This document shows positions 60,481 to 64,000 of a DNA stretch of 64,000 nt, piece after piece; the first letter of the stretch is position 1; the number at the start of each line of letters is the position of its first letter. Origin of the DNA: Bacteriovoracaceae bacterium (lineage in GTDB: Bacteria; Bdellovibrionota; Bacteriovoracia; Bacteriovoracales; Bacteriovoracaceae); contig JBILYY010000001.1 in assembly GCA_044377495.1 (NCBI GenBank), positions 24,196 to 88,195 of the forward strand, given 5' to 3'. The translations under genes and the position numbers were made by a program. Under the pieces are notes generated by a model, which worked only from the letters and a program-made list of their open reading frames with translations, did not search any database and was not told where the DNA came from.

Positions 60481-61581
60481 CTATTCGTGGTTAATGAGCG
60501 TTCCATGTTCAATTAAAAACTTCTTTGAATTAGGTATTTTTTCTAACTCTTTTCCAAAATTCTCATTGGCAGTTGTAATCAATACTTGAAAGCTTTTTGT
60601 TTCCAAATATTGGATCAAATTTTTCCATCTCTGGCTATCCAATTCGCCAGAAACGTCGTCAATAAGTACAATAGGATAAGAGGTAAATTTATACCTAAAA
60701 AGCTCAATATAGGCAAATATAAGGCTCAGAAAAGCCATTTTTTGCTGACCTAAAGAACAGAATTCAAACGCATTGAGTCCATCAAAGCTAAAAATGAAGT
60801 CATCACGGTGAATTCCCACTTGAGTAATATGAGTTTTAATATCATTCGCTTCCTGGTGACGATAGAAGTCAAATATCTTTTTTGCATCCCAATGAACAAA
60901 CATACTGTCTAAATCAAGTTGTAAGCGGTGTTCTTCTGAAAATATCGCCTTAAAAGTCGGAGTTATGTGTTGATTGAGTTCTTGTAAAAATTCGTAACGT
61001 TTTTGAGTTAAATAACTTGAATATTCTGCTACCTGTTCATCAATCGCTCTTAGTTGCGTGGGGGCATTTTTTCCGCCAATACCCAGCACAGAATTCCTGA
61101 ATTTTATGGCCTTTTGAAAACGTCCAAGAACTTGTTTAAATTCTTTGTTTATGAGAGATAAATGGGAGTCAAACCACTGTCTCCGAAAGGTGGAACTAGT
61201 ATGAAATAAGTACGAATCAAAAGGATTTATAAAAACAGATGTAGAAATAGTTTTTGATTTTTCAAAAGCATTATTCAAATAACGCTCTTCTAATCCATCT
61301 GTCATCCTGAGTGAATAGGAAACCTGCTTATCCTGATTTTCAAACACTGACTGAAGAATCATTTCAGGACTTCCACCCTCAATGTTAATCATTTGTGAAT
61401 AACTAGTATTTTTACGAAAAGATTTCTTATTTGTTAAAAGGTACACGGCTTCTAAAAGATTGGTTTTGCCGTTTCCATTTTGACCAAAGATGCAATTAAT
61501 TCCAGGAGAAAAATCAAAAATGTCTTTCTTGAGGTTTCTGAAGTTTTGGGCCTGTAATTTTTTAACTTTCCAACAATCCAT
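60481..61581 (-). CDS. recF: DNA replication/repair protein RecF
   Basis: GQNGNGKTN, SLGQQK, LIDDVSGELD; between dnaN and gyrB. Confidence 0.93.
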   Translation of the reverse strand: MDCWKVKKLQAQNFRNLKKDIFDFSPGINCIFGQNGNGKTNLLEAVYLLTNKKSFRKNTSYSQMINIEGGSPEMILQSVFENQDKQVSYSLRMTDGLEERYLNNAFEKSKTISTSVFINPFDSYLFHTSSTFRRQWFDSHLSLINKEFKQVLGRFQKAIKFRNSVLGIGGKNAPTQLRAIDEQVAEYSSYLTQKRYEFLQELNQHITPTFKAIFSEEHRLQLDLDSMFVHWDAKKIFDFYRHQEANDIKTHITQVGIHRDDFIFSFDGLNAFEFCSLGQQKMAFLSLIFAYIELFRYKFTSYPIVLIDDVSGELDSQRWKNLIQYLETKSFQVLITTANENFGKELEKIPNSKKFLIEHGTLINHE

Positions 61582-61587
61582 CCACTA

Positions 61588-62700
61588 TTAGAGTTTAAGC
61601 GGCATAATTATGCCTAAAAACTCAGGAAGGTCATCAGCTTTTATAACTACTGGGCTCAATTCATTATTAAACTCAAAAGTCACATCCGTTTCATTTAAAA
61701 CTGAAAGACTCTCAATCAAATATTTCGCATTAAATCCAATTTCAGTTGCTTTACCTTCATAGACAATAGGAAGTGTTTCATTTGCCTGACCTAAAGCTGG
61801 ATGGTTAGTGGAGATAGTAAGTTGTCCAGGGGCAATATTTAACTTAATCCCATTTGTCTTCTCGTTAGAAAGGATCTTCACACGTTTAACTGCATTTAAA
61901 ATTGAATTACGATCAATATGAAAGCGGTTAGTTGTTTTTGAGGGAATTACAGTTTGATATTTTGGGTATTCACGAGCAATAAGTCGAATTGAAAGATAGT
62001 ACTCATTTCGTGCATTAACGAACATAAATGAATCGTCTAATGAGATTGAGACATCATCCTCTGGATAAGTATCAGCAATTTTTTTAAGCTCGTTTATTCC
62101 CTTACGAGGAATAATTACGCCATCAACTAAAAACTTATTTTCTCCGATGAATTCATGGGTGTCTAAAAGTGCAAGTCTATGTCCATCAATTGCAACAGAT
62201 CTTAATTTTGAATCGTTTAACTGCAGATAAATACCATTTAAGTACAATCTCGTTTCATCGGTAGAAATGGCATGTTGAGTTTTATTGATTATATGTGAAA
62301 TCTGTTTTGTTTTTAAACGGAATTCAGAGCTTTGATTTTGGAAATTTAATTGAGGGAACTCATCTGCACTTGTAATGAGAAGTGAATAATTAATACTTTT
62401 ACAATTTAAATTTAAAAGATTGTTGTTATCAACATTCAATAACAGTTCTTCGTTTGGTAGTTCTCTCAAGATATCAGAAATATTCTTGCTGTTTATACAG
62501 AAGCTTCCTTCTTTTTCTATTTTTGCCTTTAAAATTATTTTTGCTGATACTTCTAAATCAGTAGCAATCAATTCTAAATTCTGACCTTGTGATCTGATTA
62601 GGCAGTTCGTAAGTATCGGTCGTGAGTTTTTCTTATCAACTACTGATAGTACTTTATTGATTGCATCACGTAGAACATTTGTCTGTATCGACAGTTTCAT
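61588..62700 (-). CDS. dnaN: DNA polymerase III beta clamp
   Basis: ATDLE, STDETRLYLNG, AIDGHRLA, IGFNAKYL, IMPLKL. Confidence 0.97.
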   Translation of the reverse strand: MKLSIQTNVLRDAINKVLSVVDKKNSRPILTNCLIRSQGQNLELIATDLEVSAKIILKAKIEKEGSFCINSKNISDILRELPNEELLLNVDNNNLLNLNCKSINYSLLITSADEFPQLNFQNQSSEFRLKTKQISHIINKTQHAISTDETRLYLNGIYLQLNDSKLRSVAIDGHRLALLDTHEFIGENKFLVDGVIIPRKGINELKKIADTYPEDDVSISLDDSFMFVNARNEYYLSIRLIAREYPKYQTVIPSKTTNRFHIDRNSILNAVKRVKILSNEKTNGIKLNIAPGQLTISTNHPALGQANETLPIVYEGKATEIGFNAKYLIESLSVLNETDVTFEFNNELSPVVIKADDLPEFLGIIMPLKL

Positions 62701-62829
62701 TTTTAATCCTTAGAAGCGGTCTTAAGGTTTTAACTTCTAGAGTTCGTTTTATCAAGTCTCAGGATTGTTCCCCATTTCTCTCCTCTCTTATTATATTCTT
62801 TATATTTCTTAATACTAATAAGCGCGGAC

Positions 62830-63130
62830 AGTGTGGACCATATTCAAGTGATGTAATAATTTAGGGTGTTTAGGGTTCATTTTTGCTTATTTTATCCACT
62901 TGCCCTTATTTTTCTCATAATTTAACGTTCGTATATCTATTAAAAATATTGGGTTTCCTGTTCGTTATCCACATGAAAAATAAATTCTTTTTGAACGGTG
63001 CCTTGAGTCACTAATTTTTTGATTAATAACCCATCTTGTTATCCAGTTTTGGCCAACATTTCCTCCACATTGTTGATAACTTTAATGTGGATTTGAACTT
63101 TTCAACATTTTGTTGTGTTGAATTGTTCAT
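62830..63130. other. Putative oriC: DnaA-box cluster in the dnaA-dnaN spacer
   Basis: TTATCCACA 62965-73 (perfect); TTATCCACT 62891-99, TTATCCAGT 63039-47, TCCTCCACA 63061-69, TGTTGATAA 63071-79, TGTGGATTT 63086-94, TTTTCAACA 63099-107; AT-rich flanks. Confidence 0.8.
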
Positions 63131-63155
63131 GCACGCAAATTTGTAAATGAATAAT

Positions 63156-63205
63156 TAAGAATACTCACCAGTATCAGCAATTCTGATATTAGTGAGTACT
63201 CTTAG
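63156..63205 (-). terminator. Long imperfect hairpin just downstream of dnaA
   Basis: TAAGAATACTCACCAGTATCAG-CAATT-CTGATATTAGTGAGTACTCTTA, about 22 bp with few mismatches. Confidence 0.55.
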
Positions 63206-63233
63206 ATATGGATGAAAATTAGAGAAATTGTAT

Positions 63234-64000
63234 TTAGAGCTGTTTTTCGATATCTAAAACATGTTGTGCAAGTAGTGAATCTGCTTTTATCCGGTCTCGA
63301 ACAGTATTAATTGCATGAAGAACCGTCGAATGGTCGCGACCACCGAAGTATTGCCCATTCTCTTTTAAAGTAGGTTTTATGAGCTTATTAATAAGATACA
63401 TAGACACCTGACGAGGCAGTGCTACTTCCTTAGTCTTTGCCTTTCCACGAAGGTCACCAAGGGGTATTTTGAAATGATTACAAACTGTTTTAGTAATTGT
63501 CTCAATAGTTATGAGTTTTTGGTTTTCTAGCTCTTCGTTTAGATTCAGATGCTCTTTTGCTACTTCAAGGTCGATATCAATTTTAAGTATTGATGTCACT
63601 GCACCAAGTTTTATTAAACAACCCTCTAATTCACGAATATTACTTTTCACACATTTAGCAATCAGATTAACAACATCATCACTTAGGTAGATGTCTTTTT
63701 CCACTGCTTTTTTCTTAAGAATAGCGATACGAGTTTCAAGGTCAGGTTGCTGTACTTCAACTGGCAAAGCTGAAGAAAGCCTGGTTCTTATCCTGTCTTC
63801 AATTCCATCAATTTCTTTAGGTGGTTTATCAGAGGTAAAAACTAATTGTTTTCCTCTTTCTATGAGTTCATTAAAAATATGAAAAAATTGGTCTTGTGTT
63901 CCTGTTCGATTCTTTAATTCATGAATATCGTCAATAATTAAGAGATCAGTCTTTTCCACGTACTTTTGCCTAAATTCTGGAAATTTTTGACTCTGCATGG
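63234..64000 (-). CDS. dnaA: Chromosomal replication initiator, C-terminal part (5' end outside window)
   Basis: LLIIDDI, FFHIFN, SDKPP, NIRELEG, PRQVSMYL, GGRDHSTVLHA. Confidence 0.98.
   Translation of the reverse strand, partial: MQSQKFPEFRQKYVEKTDLLIIDDIHELKNRTGTQDQFFHIFNELIERGKQLVFTSDKPPKEIDGIEDRIRTRLSSALPVEVQQPDLETRIAILKKKAVEKDIYLSDDVVNLIAKCVKSNIRELEGCLIKLGAVTSILKIDIDLEVAKEHLNLNEELENQKLITIETITKTVCNHFKIPLGDLRGKAKTKEVALPRQVSMYLINKLIKPTLKENGQYFGGRDHSTVLHAINTVRDRIKADSLLAQHVLDIEKQL

Overview
AT-rich bacterial chromosome segment that includes the replication origin region. Gene order and protein features (dnaA-oriC-dnaN-recF-gyrB-gyrA, recR-mglB-mglA, split nuo and atp clusters, RRM protein, GYF/TPR envelope protein) point to a Bdellovibrionota predator, probably Bacteriovoracaceae; this is inference, no database search was run. 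Left to right: a dcw cluster (murB partial to rsmH, no mraZ) joined to mtnP-dksA-like-mglA-mglB-recR-ybaB-dnaX; SRP RNA, tRNA-Ser(GGA) and tadA; a lipid-linked glycosylation trio (GT-C, GT2, PAP2); pdxH; an accessory stretch (23.0-31.3 kb); tRNA-Arg and two tRNA-Ser next to serS; a GYF-TM-TPR protein; membrane-arm-only nuo genes; mfd-ppiC-surA-pdxA-uvrA; Fo-only atp genes; gyrA/gyrB/recF/dnaN; oriC; partial dnaA. Best leads: (1) five correctly spaced sigma-54 (-24/-12) promoters within 3.6 kb around an orphan NtrC-type activator, each pointing at a small protein gene (CsbD, DUF1328, and three ORFs absent or mis-started in the ORF track), a candidate sigma-54 general-stress/dormancy module; (2) a full-length dcw MurD that has lost most catalytic residues; (3) hairpins that bury the ribosome-binding sites of ftsW and mraY; (4) a promoter- and RBS-supported 57-aa cationic peptide gene between ffs and tRNA-Ser; (5) a possible lipid A or protein glycosylation module. 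No CRISPR array, integrase or transposase was seen.
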